DNA of 63,803 bases, filler included, from Octopus bimaculoides (GCF_001194135.2; 7 parts of 6 records of this genome joined end to end with filler, not necessarily neighbours in it), one strand, 5' to 3'; numbered from the whole stretch's first letter, positions 12,962 through 26,789 are shown. Numbers and translations: made by a program. Notes: a model not told the origin generated them from the sequence alone.

Positions 12962-14452
12962 CTGAGAATAAATCAATGTCATGATTCATTTCTTCCTACA
13001 GTAACAACACAAAAGTAGCAGTTTTAGTGGATTGGTAGTCATGAGAATATAGAACAGTAATCCTCAAGATATTTAATATTGCACCTTGATGTCCTGAGTT
13101 CAAGACCTGGTGAAGGGAATTTTGCCTTTCATCCTTCTAGGATTGATAAAATAAGTACTCGTAACAGGGTCTCTGCGAGACTTCTTTGAGCAAAAGCCTA
13201 CAGCTGGTAAATGTAGACAAACCTTCCTAGTTCAAGGAATAAAAAAAAACATAGACAAATCTTCTAAGTGTTCTTGTGAGGTGCACTGATCCCAGTGTGT
13301 AAGATGTGGTATCTGACTCAAGACAACACAAGAAGTTTAAGAGACTCAGCAAAAATTATGAGAAATGTCCTGCTCCTTTAATTATATCATTGAAAAGAAG
13401 TAAAACAGAAGTCTGTGGCATAAAGTAGGTATGTGTTTATAGGGTTGGTACTTCAATTCTTTGAACAGACGAGAGACATAATTCACTTTGAACACAATGC
13501 TTGTTTATAGCAGTTAATTTTCCAAAATATTGTAGTATTTGTTACTGACAGTTAGGAATAAGGTACAGGAAATTAAACATCTTTCTCAGAAACATTATGG
13601 AATGCCTTGTCATGAATTTTAAATCACAAATCAGGAGCTGATAGCCCACTGTCTTCTCCACATAACCACACCATTTTCTTCTCTCCACCTATGTAAGTTT
13701 CAAGTGAATATTACTTTTACATTAAAAAATGTGTGTAGCTCTATAGATATTCATAATTCTTTGGGGACACAGGAACTATATCAATCACTTATTCATTTTT
13801 TTTTTTATTACTATACAGATAAATATATATAGGATTGAAAAATATAAATTTCAGATTCTGAAACTTTTGCGGGAAAAAAATATCAGGAAAATTGGAATTC
13901 AAATATGACAGATTTAAAAACAAGTTGTAAAGATGTTTTTGAAATGCTGAATTTTGAAATGACAGAAAATGGTCTAGGAATGATAGAGATGGCAAAATAA
14001 AAATGACTAAAAATTTAGCTGTTTTTTTGAGCAATGATAATTTTTGTATATTAGGGAGTACAGTGTAAGTAAGAGGACTGTGGAAGAAAGAGTAAACAGT
14101 TTTCTGCTTAATTAATAGAATAACCTTTTTACAACTATATTTCAAATTAAAAGTATTCTGGTGACATGCTTTAATTAAATTTCTTTAAATACAAACAGGA
14201 ACTTGGAGGGATTTTGTGGAATAGCTAACATTTTCACCTGGCGGTTGGTATTTAGAACAAACAGCACAAAGTTCAGTAATTTAGGGATATTTCACCCTTG
14301 CAAAAACTTGAATAAATTTTAAGAATTTAAAAAGTATGCTTTCTTCTTAGCCGGAAGATTGCTTCTTGACATTCTAGTGAAGGTGAATGTATAGCTAACA
14401 TTTTGTAAAAAAACTATAATCATGATACATACACAACTGCTTACATACATAC

Positions 14453-14504
<52 letters not shown>

Positions 14505-14599
14505 ACATATATTCAAGTGTTTGTGTATGTATCTTTTTGTCCTGCTGTAGAACAGTACAGTGCCAGACATATTTCCAACAGACCATTGTTCCTTTTAGA

Positions 14600-15690
14600 C
14601 AATGCACTGAACTAAGTGAGGTTAGCTTAAGTGAGGTTTCTAATAATACAAGAGTGGAATATATCCCCAACACTTCTTTGTTCAAGAAAATGGATCAAGG
14701 TGTGGTAGCTAAGTAATTTGAAGGTTCTCAGATAATATACCTGAAAACTTCCAAACAATTGACAGGAAAGGTAGACTTACATTAAGAGAATTCTAGAAGA
14801 AGTTCAATATAATGGATGCTGTAGATAACATCACTGAGTAATGGAATACAATGAAACCTGCATCTTTGAATGATGCCCGGATAAATATATTATGGCCAGA
14901 ATGATTGTTTTCCACAAGCAAATAATCTGCATCATGTTCGGAAAGATATTGTGACACTTGCAAAAGAAGTAGGGTTTAAAAGAAATCATAGTGGATGATG
15001 TGGTTGAATAGCCAGTGTTTCATAAATGTTATCTAATGAGGATTTGATGCTGTTAGAACAAGAGGACCAAACTGAGAATACAGAACAGAATACAGAAATT
15101 CTGTCAACTGTACTTAAATTGACTGCAAACAATATTGCAAAAGGATGGACACTTAAGAGAAAATTCAGCAAGCTTTTGCTGACAAAAACTTTAATTGTGA
15201 ATGTAACATCAAAATTAAATGGGTAATTTTCAATGAGCTCAGTTCCTACACTGATCTATCCAAAGAAATGATGCACCATAATCCTCAAACAATTTTGGAG
15301 AAGTTCTTTCCTCCTCAAACAGATATTGATGTTGATGTGTGCTATATGAGATGATGTACACATAAGATGGACTGCAGTGTAGTCAACATCTTTTGTGGTT
15401 AAAATGTACCCTGGTATGAAATTATGATTCTTATTTGTTCCCCAGCATATTTCTCTTCAAATGTTTTCATGTAAATGCATTGTACTGTGTATGTTTACAA
15501 ATTGGTATTTTCAAGCATAACAATGGCCGTGTTTCATGTTTCTGTTGTTGTTGTTTTTGAAAAAATTCTGTTGGAACACATTATCACTTTACAACATGAA
15601 AATCAATGGAAAAATTAATTTCGTGTTATGAGATTTCATGTTAAAACAAGATTTTCGGGAATGCATTACTCTTGTTATGTAAGGGACTGC
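14600..15690 (+). mobile_element. Tigger/pogo-like DDE_1 transposase remnant
   Basis: VEYIPNTSLFKKMDQGVVA (cf. FLPPNTTSLIQPMDQGVI), FNIMDAVDNI..W....SLN....ILWPE, LSNEDLMLLEQE, and a Tigger-like terminus near 15690. Confidence 0.75.
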
Positions 15691-15856
15691 TGCATAAACA
15701 ATTTAAAACAGATGTTTGTGTATAAAAAACCAGAAGTTGTTGCAGGTTGATTAATAATAAAAATGTGAAGTAAGATGTTCTCCACAGTTAGCCCTGAAGC
15801 AGCTGAGATATGTTAAAAAGTGTTCCAGTCAAAACCACCTCATCTGTCTGTCTGTT

Positions 15857-15897
<41 letters not shown>

Positions 15898-16149
15898 CTC
15901 AGGCATTGAGTTACTTGCATTATGTAATCTAATGTGCCCATCTTATTTTTAAGATATTATATGTGATTTAAGAGAAAATCATTAGCTATTTCCAGCAAGT
16001 TGAGTGACTACGTAGAGCCTCCCTTAAGCAAATTTCATTGTTTTGTCCCCATTCAACCTTCTTCAAAAATAGTTATGGTTAAAGACATTCCAGCTATGAC
16101 CATCCCAGCTTCCTGTATGCATATCAGAGACTTACATTGTCTTTCACTA

Positions 16150-16330
16150 TTTGCATTATTTTGAACCTGGGTTTCCAGGTTCGAAATTTCCCCAAGACAC
16201 CCGATGAAGGCTGGAGGGTATATCAGCCAAAACGTTGTGGTAACAACAAACAAAATGAGGACAAATATCTGTCAAATAAATAATGTAATAATGTAAATAA
16301 TGTAATAATGTAATAATGTAAATGATGTAC
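16150..16330 (+). mobile_element. Penelope-like element terminal repeat with a degenerate hammerhead-ribozyme-like motif
   Basis: gacac CCGATGA a GGCTG gagggtatat CAGCC AAAAC gttgtggt (16196-16241): one-mismatch versions of the CUGAUGA and GAAAC cores around a perfect 5-bp stem II, followed by (aatgtaat)n. Confidence 0.55.
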
Positions 16331-17146
16331 ATAATTCCTTATCTCTTAAATATAGAACTGTACATTGTCGTTATATTATACAGTGATACATAATTTGAGG
16401 GAGACTTCTTGCTATTTCTAGCAGGCAGAATAACTCTACCAAGGCTCCCTTTAAGCAAGTTTCAATAGTATGTTCTGAAAGCAGAAAATTCAGTTATATC
16501 TGTTTGCATTCCAAAACAGCTAGAATCAATTGAAACTCACTGTTAAAAAAATCTATCCTTCTACACCCATCTTCACATTCTGAGTTCAAATCCCACTGAG
16601 GTCGACTTTACCTTTCATCCTTTCAGGGTCAATGAAATAGATAACAGCTGAACTCTGGGTTCAATGTGATTGAGCTACCCATTCAGGACCTGATATTTTG
16701 TTTTTGGTGGGATGGTGTGGGGATTCATTTACATCAAACCTGCTGTTTCATTTTCTCAACTTCCATCCAATGTGTGTTTTACAAAAGACTGTAGGGCATA
16801 AATTGAGGGAAATTTGGTTGCTGTTAGACTATGTAGATACTCTGCTTTTGGTTTGGTTATTTACATTTGCTGCAAAGGTTTAGCAGACATCACTACATCT
16901 AGGAAACAAAATCGAAATAGATAATGGATATGTAGCAGCTGTAGAAACGGTACCATTTGATCTCATGTCAAGAATCATTAGTATAACACTGAAATTCTAT
17001 TGATTTCAGTGATCAATATGGTAAAATCTATAGAAGACAAACAAAAATGTTGTCTTTAGGATAACTAATTAGTCTGAAACTTAAAAAAACAAAGATATTT
17101 CAGCTGTCATTAATCTGTCTTCTATTCAGTATGTATATATGTATGA

Positions 17147-17188
<42 letters not shown>

Positions 17189-18915
17189 NNNNNNNNNNNN
17201 NNNNNNNNNNNNNNNNNNNNNNNNNNNNNNNNTTAATTAATTAANNNNNNNNNNNNNNNNNNNNNNNNNNNNNNNNNNNNNNNNNNNNTATACATACATA
17301 CATACATGCATGCATACATACAGACATACATACATACACACATGCATATACATGTGTATGTATACGCACAGAATCATATGTATGTACATGTGCAATAATG
17401 TAATATATATGCGTAAACTAACACATAAGCACACACACACACACACGCACACACAGAGACTCACACGCGCGTACACACACACACACATACACACACACAC
17501 ACATATTTATATGTATCCATATATACTCATACGTGAATATATACATGCGTGGTACACATTTGCACACGCGCGCGCGATTGAACACACGTACACACGTACA
17601 GGTGCACACGCATACACACGCACACACATATGCATGCACATATAAATATGTGTTTGCATATGTGTGTGTGTACGAATTCATTCCAATCACTGTCATTGAA
17701 GTATTATAGAGCCATAATTATTCTAAATATGACAGAGCCATATTTATCTAAAAAAAAACCCACCTGCATAAAAAAAAAACAAGAAAAAAATTATCAGGTC
17801 CACATACTCATCATACGAATAGCATTAACAGAATAAATAAATAAATAAATAAATAAATAAATATATAATAATACCGATAACTAATGCAAAATTTTATCTA
17901 TTATTCCACTGTCATTGACACTGTCACATTTGTGCCCTCTCTTGCTTCCTATCACCATCTTTGTATCTTGTTGGGATGGCATAAATATCATTTTAGAACA
18001 GAATATATATACATACATATGCATATATNNNNNNNNNNNNNNNNNNNNNNNNNNNNNNNNNNNNNNNNNNNNNNNNNNNNNNNNNNNNNNNNNNNNNNNN
18101 NNNNNNNNNNNNNNNNNNNNNNNNNNNNNNNNNNNNNNNNNNNNNNNNNNNNNNNNNNNNNNNNNNNNNNNNNNNNNNNNNNNNNNNNNNNNNNNNNNNN
18201 NNNNNNNNNNNNNNNNNNNNNNNNNNNNNNNNNNNNNNNNNNNNNNNNNNNNNNNNNNNNNNNNNNNNNNNNNNNNNNNNNNNNNNNNNNNNNNNNNNNN
18301 NNNNNNNNNNNNNNNNNNNNNNNNNNNNNNNNNNNNNNNNNNNNNNNNNNNNNNNNNNNNNNNNNNNNNNNNNNNNNNNNNNNNNNNNNNNNNNNNNNNN
18401 NNNNNNNNNNNNNNNNNNNNNNNNNNNNNNNNNNNNNNNNNNNNNNNNNNNNNNNNNNNNNNNNNNNNNNNNNNNNNNNNNNNNNNNNNNNNNNNNNNNN
18501 NNNNNNNNNNNNNNNNNNNNNNNNNNNNNNNNNNNNNNNNNNNNNNNNNNNNNNNNNNNNNNNNNNNNNNNNNNNNNNNNNNNNNNNNNNNNNNNNNNNN
18601 NNNNNNNNNNNNNNNNNNNNNNNNNNNNNNNNNNNNNNNNNNNNNNNNNNNNNNNNNNNNNNNNNNNNNNNNNNNNNNNNNNNNNNNNNNNNNNNNNNNN
18701 NNNNNNNNNNNNNNNNNNNNNGACCTCCCCTGTTCGAAGGTTATAAAGGACACAGGTTTCGTGTGTCACATAGCTAGCTAGAGGCGATGGCTTCTTGGAG
18801 CTAATTCACGGCAGCTTTCGTCCTAATTTTAGGACTGCCATGTTGGCTTGGCGATAACTATTAATTTCCAGTACCGCTGCCGTAGTCTCCTTTAGAGAGA
18901 CTTAGAAATATTAAT

Positions 18916-18964
<49 letters not shown>

Positions 18965-19174
18965 CACATACATGTATGCGTATGTATATATATATATATG
19001 TGTGTGTGTGTGTATATATGCATATACATATGAATATACATATATACATACGTACGTACGTATATATATACATACATATGCATATATACATATGCACATA
19101 CTTACATATATATTTATACAGATATACGTATATACTTGTACACACCCACATAGGCAGTGACACAAATATACATA

Positions 19175-19215
<41 letters not shown>

Positions 19216-19422
19216 GAAAAGAGAGAAAGAGGGTGCGAAATATATATTAACACACACATCTGTGAAAGCATATACTTATATGGTCATCGTATCCATATAT
19301 AATCTCACACCAAATACATTTAGTGACATCTCGATTGGAAACGGAATTCTAAAACGTGCTTGCTTTAATGCGTATAGTCACGAACATACAACAGTATGGC
19401 CCCTCAAATGTATACGTGCAGG

Positions 19423-19511
<89 letters not shown>

Positions 19512-19601
19512 ACAACCTAAGGATTTATACGAAATTTGTATTCCAGCTATGAGTTTGTATGTTGGTATACATACATACGTACACACACATACATAACTTA
19601 C

Positions 19602-19653
<52 letters not shown>

Positions 19654-20215
19654 ATGTGTGTGTGCGTGCGTGTATGTGTGTATATGAGAAATGAGAATAA
19701 ACAGAGGTTTATATTATAGTTATTACGCGCGTTTCTCCATTATGGTGATCCAAGTACATTTAAATGCTCAACCTCAATGGATCATCAAGAACATCAAGCT
19801 TCATTAAGTTACAGATAAGTAGGTCGTATATATATATAAACGCTTAGTTTTAGAATGGTGGCAGCTGATGAAGGAAATGTTCTCTATGTGGCTTATGTGT
19901 TTTCTTTGCTCCGTTTATGTTCTGTTATTCATTTTGCCCACGTTTTCTTGTGATGTCCTGTACCGAAATATACATCTATATATACATATAGATGTAGGTA
20001 TGTACATACATGCACGTATATATGCATATACTCACATATTATTTGTATTATATATATATATATATATATATATNNNNNNNNNNNNNNNNNNNNNNNNNNN
20101 NNNNNNNNNNNNNNNNNNNNNNNNNNNNNNNNNNNNNNNNNNNNNNNNNNNNNNNNNNNNNNNNNNNNNNNNNNNNNNNNNNNNNNNNNNNNNNNNNNNN
20201 NNNNNNNNNNNNNNN

Positions 20216-20602
20216 AGAACACCTACAATGCTAGAAATAAAAGCTAAAGTGGTCAGATGCTGCGGTATCAGGACAAAATCCCACCAGACAAATTTTAGAC
20301 AAAAATATCAGAAAGTAAATATTAAAATTTTTTTTATAAATTTCACTTTCCTAAAAAAATTTTATTGCAAAGAAGGAAGAATATCGTGGGGGATATTGAC
20401 TGCAGGGGGATTTTTGTCCGGTGGGTATTTTTTCCCGGGCAGATTTTGTCCGGAGGAGATTTTGTGCTTGGAGGGATTTTGTCCTAATACCTGATGCACA
20501 CAGTTGTATACATACATACTGACAGCGACTGTAAACGGCCAAAAGTGGCGTGCTTTGACTAAGAGCATTTTAGCTCTTATTTCTAGCAATGTAGGTGTTT
20601 CT
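20216..20602. mobile_element. Fold-back/MITE-like element with nested inverted repeats
   Basis: Outer arms 20216-20252 and 20565-20602 (agaacacctacaatgctagaaataaaagctaaagtg vs its reverse complement). Inner arms from 20263 and to 20493 (ggtatcaggacaaaatccc). Reiterated ggattttgtcc subterminal motifs. Confidence 0.75.
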
Positions 20603-21169
20603 AACACCCTAGTCATATTTAATGTCTATATTAATTTACATAAATATATATAAACGTGCTGTTAACAAAAATCGGGATGCATGGCTTTCAATTATTCTAT
20701 AAATGAGAAATGCATTAAATACTACAAAACTTATACGTACGACAGACACTAGGACCTTAATTCTTCATCAGTTATCGACCGAAAAATACTAATACCTAGT
20801 TTCATGTCTTTAACGATAAGACTAGGAACTNNNNNNNNNNNNNNNNNNNNNNNNNNNNNNNNNNNNNNNNNNNNTTAATTAATTAANNNNNNNNNNNNNN
20901 NNNNNNNNNNNNNNNNNNNNNNNNNNNNNNGTGATGGGACAATTGCGCAAGGGGAATAATTCTGTCATTTCCAGAATTATAATTTTTGTTTTTACAAAAT
21001 TAAAATTTTTATTGAAAAATTTTTTTAGAATCATAATTCCCTTTATATTGAAAATAATAATCTGATATAATTTAGATAATTTAATAATTACATATACACT
21101 TACCCCATCCATCCATCCATCCATCCATCCATCATTTCGGTAAATCCCTTGTAATTCATGTTAAGGAAA

Positions 21170-21830
21170 TCTGAAGAATATCTCACTGGTTCACAAGGAA
21201 ACAGAAATACCAAAATTACACACTGTTTCTTTTTGGATGACTTAGAACTTTATGCAAAGATGAAAAACTTTATGCATGAGATGAAAAAGAGTTTTGGCCT
21301 AGTTACAACATTCTCAAAGGATGTAGGGCTGGAGTTTGGTCAGGATAGGGGTAAAACTATAAACCAGATTAGTAACATCTCCATGAATGATTTGACTGTT
21401 TCCCCTGTATCTGACGAAGAATGTTACACGTATCTAGGGATGGATGAAAATATATCTTACAATGGCACCTGTAGCAAAACACGTGTCACTAAAGAATATT
21501 ACAGAAATTTTGGACCTCAGAACTCTCTGCATTCAATAAAACAGTGTCCCACAATGTGTTTGCAGTGCCAGTACTTATACTAACGTTTTGGGGTGCTAGA
21601 TTGGACGCTTGATGGCATCCAGGCCATTGATGTGAAAACCCAGAAAATACTAACAAGCACACATAATTTCCACATAAACAGTGACGTAGACCGCCTTTAC
21701 CTAAAGCGAAAACAAAGCAGCAGAGGTTTAACGTCGATCCAAAATGCCTTTGAATGTTGCATCTTACTCAACTATGTCAGTTTTAAGCATAGACAGAAGC
21801 GGAATCACACTATTTTAGACTCTGGTTCTA
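21170..21830 (+). mobile_element. R4/Dong-clade LINE reverse transcriptase fragment (pseudogenised)
   Basis: ITHCFFLDDLELYAK, GLEFGQD, YTYLG, LDWTLDGIQAIDVKTQKILT..HNFHINSDVDRLYLKRKQSSRGL. Frameshifted. Confidence 0.85.
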
Positions 21831-23964
21831 TCACGAACTTACACCATCCAATGGACGTGTTGTGTGTGGGGGGGGGNNNNNNNNNNNNNNNNNNNNNNNN
21901 NNNNNNNNNNNNNNNNNNNNNNNNNNNNNNNNNNNNNNNNNNNNNNNNNNNNNNNNNNNNNNNNNNNNNNNNNNNNNNNNNNNNNNNNNNNNNNNNNNNN
22001 NNNNNNNNNNNNNNNNNNNNNNNNNNNNNNNNNNNNNNNNNNNNNNNNNNNNNNNNNNNNNNNNNNNNNNNNNNNNNNNNNNNNNNNNNNNNNNNNNNNN
22101 NNNNNNNNNNNNNNNNNNNNNNNNNNNNNNNNNNNNNNNNNNNNNNNNNNNNNNNNNNNGGTTGACGGAAACTGTATGGAAGCCCGTCGTTTGTACTTAT
22201 GTGTGTGTTATGTTTCCGTAACATAGCAGTTCAGCAAAAAACTCTCCGATAGAATAAGGTCCAGACTTTAATATATATAGCTATTGGGGATCGATTTGTT
22301 CGACTAAACCCTTCAAGGCGGTGTTCCAATATAGCCGCAGTCCAATGAACGAAACAAGTAAATGGTAAACGGCTCCGTCGATGGTCTATCTCAGTAATAA
22401 TTTTGTTGTTATTTAGCCTTAAATGAACCCTGATACAGCAAACCTATGTTGCTATAAAACATCTCTGGTTATTAAAGAAGGGTTTTGATAGGGGAGAGAA
22501 CCCGGAAGTTGTTATTCGCAAACAGCAGCAATAATTTTCTTCAGCTGAATACACGTCATTGATTGGTTGAAATTATCCAAATACGACAACTTTAACACGA
22601 AATAACTTCTAAAATACAAAATTTAGTCAAAAACGTTAAGAGTAAACCCTGTTCTATGCGACACATTCTACCAGCATCCGAAGTTTCAAAGTGTTTAGTT
22701 AGAAAAAAATTATTAAAAAATCTAGCCGTCAAATTGAAAAGATCCTTCACTTTTTCCAGAAAAAAAATTAAAACAAGTTACAGAAGTTTAAAGTTTGATC
22801 ATTTTATCCAGTCAGAAAACAAGATTTGGAAGCTGTAATTTTGTGCATGACAGCAGGTTTTGTCAACTGTAAACAAATTAAATATTGGCAGAATTCTGCT
22901 TGAATTTGTATTCTACACTCGGGAATTCATACGATTATGCAAAGACAAAGAAAAAAAGTTCGTGCTTGATTTAAGGCTTATTTAGCTGTTATTTTTAGCA
23001 CGTCTCGTGATCACCTCATACCCCATGTGCTTTAATCATTTAATAAGTGACAAAAAGAACATGTGGTAAGCAGCTTGGTAACAGCTTGGCTTGTTACTAT
23101 GGAAACAGGCACCTATATGTCTGTGGCGTTCGATTGGCTAAAATTACAAAAAATTTGCAAACTTTAAAAGCCATTAACTTTTTATTTATTGATTTATGGC
23201 GAAAATGAAGTTCATGTCAATGGTTATTTTATAAGATTACACTGATAGCGTAAAAGTTCTAGACCACTAACTTATACACACGCACGGACGCACGCACNNN
23301 NNNNNNNNNNNNNNNNNNNNNNNNNNNNNNNNNNNNNNNNNNNNNNNNNNNNNNNNNNNNNNNNNNNNNNNNNNNNNNNNNNNNNNNNNNNNNNNNNNNN
23401 NNNNNNNNNNNNNNNNNNNNNNNNNNNNNNNNNNNNNNNNNNNNNNNNNNNNNNNNNNNNNNNNNNNNNNNNNNNNNNNNNNNNNNNNNNNNNNNNNNNN
23501 NNNNNNNNNNNNNNNNNNNNNNNNNNNNNNNNNNNNNNNNNNNNNNNNNNNNNNNNNNNNNNNNNNNNNNNNNNNNNNNNNNNNNNNNNNNNNNNNNNNN
23601 NNNNNNNNNNNNNNNNNNNNNNNNNNNNNNNNNNNNNNNNNNNNNNNNNNNNNNNNNNNNNNNNNNNNNNNNNNNNNNNNNNNNNNNNNNNNNNNNNNNN
23701 NNNNNNNNNNNNNNNNNNNNNNNNNNNNNNNNNNNNNNNNNNNNNNNNNNNNNNNNNNNNNNNNNNNNNNNNNNNNNNNNNNNNNNNNNNNNNNNNNNNN
23801 NNNNNNNNNNNNNNNNNNNNNNNNNNNNNNNNNNNNNNNNNNNNNNNNNNNNNNNNNNNNNNNNNNNNNNNNNNNNNNNNNNNNNNNNNNNNNNNNNNNN
23901 NNNNNNNNNNNNNNNNNNNNNNNNNNNNNNNNNNNNNNNNNNNNNNNNNNNNNNNNNNNNNNNN

Positions 23965-23978
23965 CGCTCTTCCGATCT
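23965..23978 (+). other. Illumina adapter remnant (assembly artefact)
   Basis: CGCTCTTCCGATCT directly after an N gap is the 3' end of the TruSeq adapter. Confidence 0.9.
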
Positions 23979-24039
23979 ATATATATACATACATGCATGT
24001 TTGTATGTATATGCATACACACATATGTAGCAACACAAA

Positions 24040-24770
24040 TGAAAGAAAATAGCACTCAACACTTGGTTGGAGTTGTCTGTAGGCGCACATAAACGCCAAC
24101 AACCTCAGGAGTACGGACCCAGAGCAAATAATATTTTAAGAGAATATCTAAGCTTGCATGGGTTAATTCACGTCACGTGGATATTTTGATATAACAGCGA
24201 CAACTGTTGGTTGTATATGTGTTCCACGTAGTAGAGGAGACAGTCTATTGGCGTCAGGTAGTCTGTGGTCTGTAGGATTTGGATGTTCGACCACGTCAGT
24301 AAGTGATGTACTACAAAATGTGGGGTAACCAGTTTGTTGGTGTCAGATTACAAGGTTACATGTCACTTTGTGTGTCAAACATTGCCGCGTGGTATAATTT
24401 TAGCTGGATTGTGATAAAATGCTGACGAGATATTATTTCGTTATGAGCAAACATAGATTGTATACCTGGCAATTATTCAGTTGTGCATGGCCCTACTAGG
24501 GCTAGGGTTGTATTTCCTAATTATCAATGATCAGGGCGGATCTTTGGTGACAACAATAGAATAAGTCGGTTTTCTTGTTGGTGGATAGATACACTGGTAA
24601 GCGGTTGCAATATTTATTTTAAATATTCATTGAGGCAGACTTGGCAGTTACGAATCCTAGGTGAGCAAAGTGAGGCTCTGTCAAGAATCCTCCACGTGGT
24701 GTTGACAAAGTAGTTTTCTTGATTTCGGAAACTCCAGATGAAATGAGATAGAGAAGTCGATTTTTCCTGT
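24040..24770 (-). mobile_element. Penelope-like element, GIY-YIG C-terminus plus probable 3' region
   Basis: Minus 24760-24524 reads WSFRNQENYFVNTTWRILDRASLCSPRIRNCQVCLNEYLK*IL, matching the PLE W.I...A..Y....C.LC..E..I pattern. Extent below 24500 is inferred. Confidence 0.65.
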
Positions 24771-25372
24771 TCTTAAACATACGCACACACACACACGTGT
24801 GTGTGTGCGTGTGTGTGTATGCTTATGCATGTATGTAAACGTGTGTATCTTTTATCTTTTACTTCTTTCAATCGCCGGACGGCAACCGTAGTGGGGCACC
24901 GAATCGACTCTAGTACTTGTCTTTTAAAACCTTGTACACACACGCACATATTCAACGGGTTTCTTTCAGTTTACGTCAACCAAATCCATTCACAACGTTT
25001 TGATCGGCTCGAGGCTATAGTAGAAGACACTTGCCCAAGGTGCCACGCAGTGGCAAAACCAGGTGGTTTAATTCAAAACCAGGAGGTTGCAAGCAAACCT
25101 TTTGCGACACAGCCACGCCTGTTCCTGTGCTGGCCCGTTGGCAGACTTTGGTGCCTGCGGATGCTTCAAAATATTCTGGATGGGCACTAATTTGTGATAA
25201 TGCTAAAGAGGAGTTTCGAAAATAAGTGTATCCTTATAAATCTGAGAGTGCACCATTGAATAGTGAAGAGGGAAGTGCCGCCCAGGGGACCTCTTAGTGA
25301 CTGCGACGTATCTATGTACATGCATATATGTGTATACACACGCGCAGGCGTAAACAAACATATACAAATGGT

Positions 25373-25546
25373 GTAATAAAGACGAGAATCGTGAATTCAA
25401 AAGGTATTCATGCAGTCTGAAGTGTAAAACACTGTCTTATAGTCGTCTTTGTTAAAACTTTGCTTTACAGAGATGAATATAAAGCATTGTTTTACTCGTA
25501 AAACTGTTTAAATACATTTTCAATTGATGATTCTCGTCTTTGTTAC
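25373..25546. mobile_element. Small MITE
   Basis: TIRs gtaataaagacgagaatc and gattctcgtctttgttac (18 bp, one mismatch), extending imperfectly to about 37 bp. Confidence 0.6.
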
Positions 25547-25757
25547 GCAATTTTTATTGTTTTTCGAATAACCTTTAAAATATGATATGCTTTAATTTCC
25601 TTCATAATACGTTGAAAATAACCATAAACAAACACTTGTTCGTATCAAATGTAAATAGAAAAATATGTTCATACTGGTAAAGTGAGAATAAATACGACAT
25701 ACTCAGAAATATGCTTGTCTGTCTATGAACACACACAAATATACAAACATATACAAT

Positions 25758-25805
<48 letters not shown>

Positions 25806-26103
25806 CATAAATCCATTCACACACATATACATGTATACATAAATATGCGGCACACACACAGACCTACACATACACATACGCGCACGTATACACACATACA
25901 CACACATATTGACATACATTAATTTTAAGGTAATAAATATATTTTCTTTTGAAAATCGGCATTCATTTCATCATTTTGTGTTAGCACCAAGAAATCTCAT
26001 TGAAATTAAATTATTATTATTGCATGTACGCCATATTTCCAACATGTTGGAAAAAGTATACTTCTAAAAGTTACCCATCGTATAACAGATAACACTTTAA
26101 AGG

Positions 26104-26622
26104 TAATATTTATTCCCGCTTAAACGTGGATGTTCTGGTAGACCAAACTATACTGTGGTAGTTACCACGAGAGAAATTCTTACATTGGTTTCTTGGTACA
26201 AAATGAACTCTTGTTTATATCGCTTTCGGGGAGATAAATTCCTGCTACTTCTAACGCCGAGACCACCAGATCAGTAATTTCGACCTTGTTTGGTCTTGTC
26301 AATGATGGGCACTCGACCACTAGAGACAGCAGTGATTCATCTCCCCACCAGCGATATATAGATTGACACTGCCAGAACAGCGATATATAGATTGACACTG
26401 TCTTTAGCGGTCGAGTGTCCATCATTGACAAGACCAAACAGAGTTGAAATTACTGATTTGGTGGTCTCGGCGCTGGAGGTAGCAGGGATTTATCTCCTCG
26501 AAAGCGATATAAACATGAGTTCATTTTGCAGCAAAAGCTAATATGAAAGTTTCTCTCATGATAACTACCGGAGTATAGTTTGTTCTAATAGAACGTCCAC
26601 GTTTAAGTGAGGATAAATATTA
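26104..26622. repeat. Long imperfect palindrome (fold-back element)
   Basis: Arms 26104-26329 and 26398-26622 (~225 bp each) are reverse complements. The spacer carries a direct duplication of cagcgatatatagattgacactg. Confidence 0.92.
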
Positions 26623-26789
26623 GTTCTCGGTATTAATACTGCTTCTGTCGCTAATGTATATGACAATATGTGGTCACGAGCAGGAGTTGTGGGAGAGCAT
26701 CACAGCCATGCGTTGAGAGGGGATTCTTTGCGGTTTGAATTAATGTAGCAAAAGCAAAGTATAATGAAATATTTGCCATTTTTCATAGT

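Noticed and set aside
13855-14084. + strand AG...GTAAGT-bounded segment
   Set aside because: All three frames contain stops.
23965-23978. CGCTCTTCCGATCT next to a gap
   Set aside because: Illumina adapter contamination.
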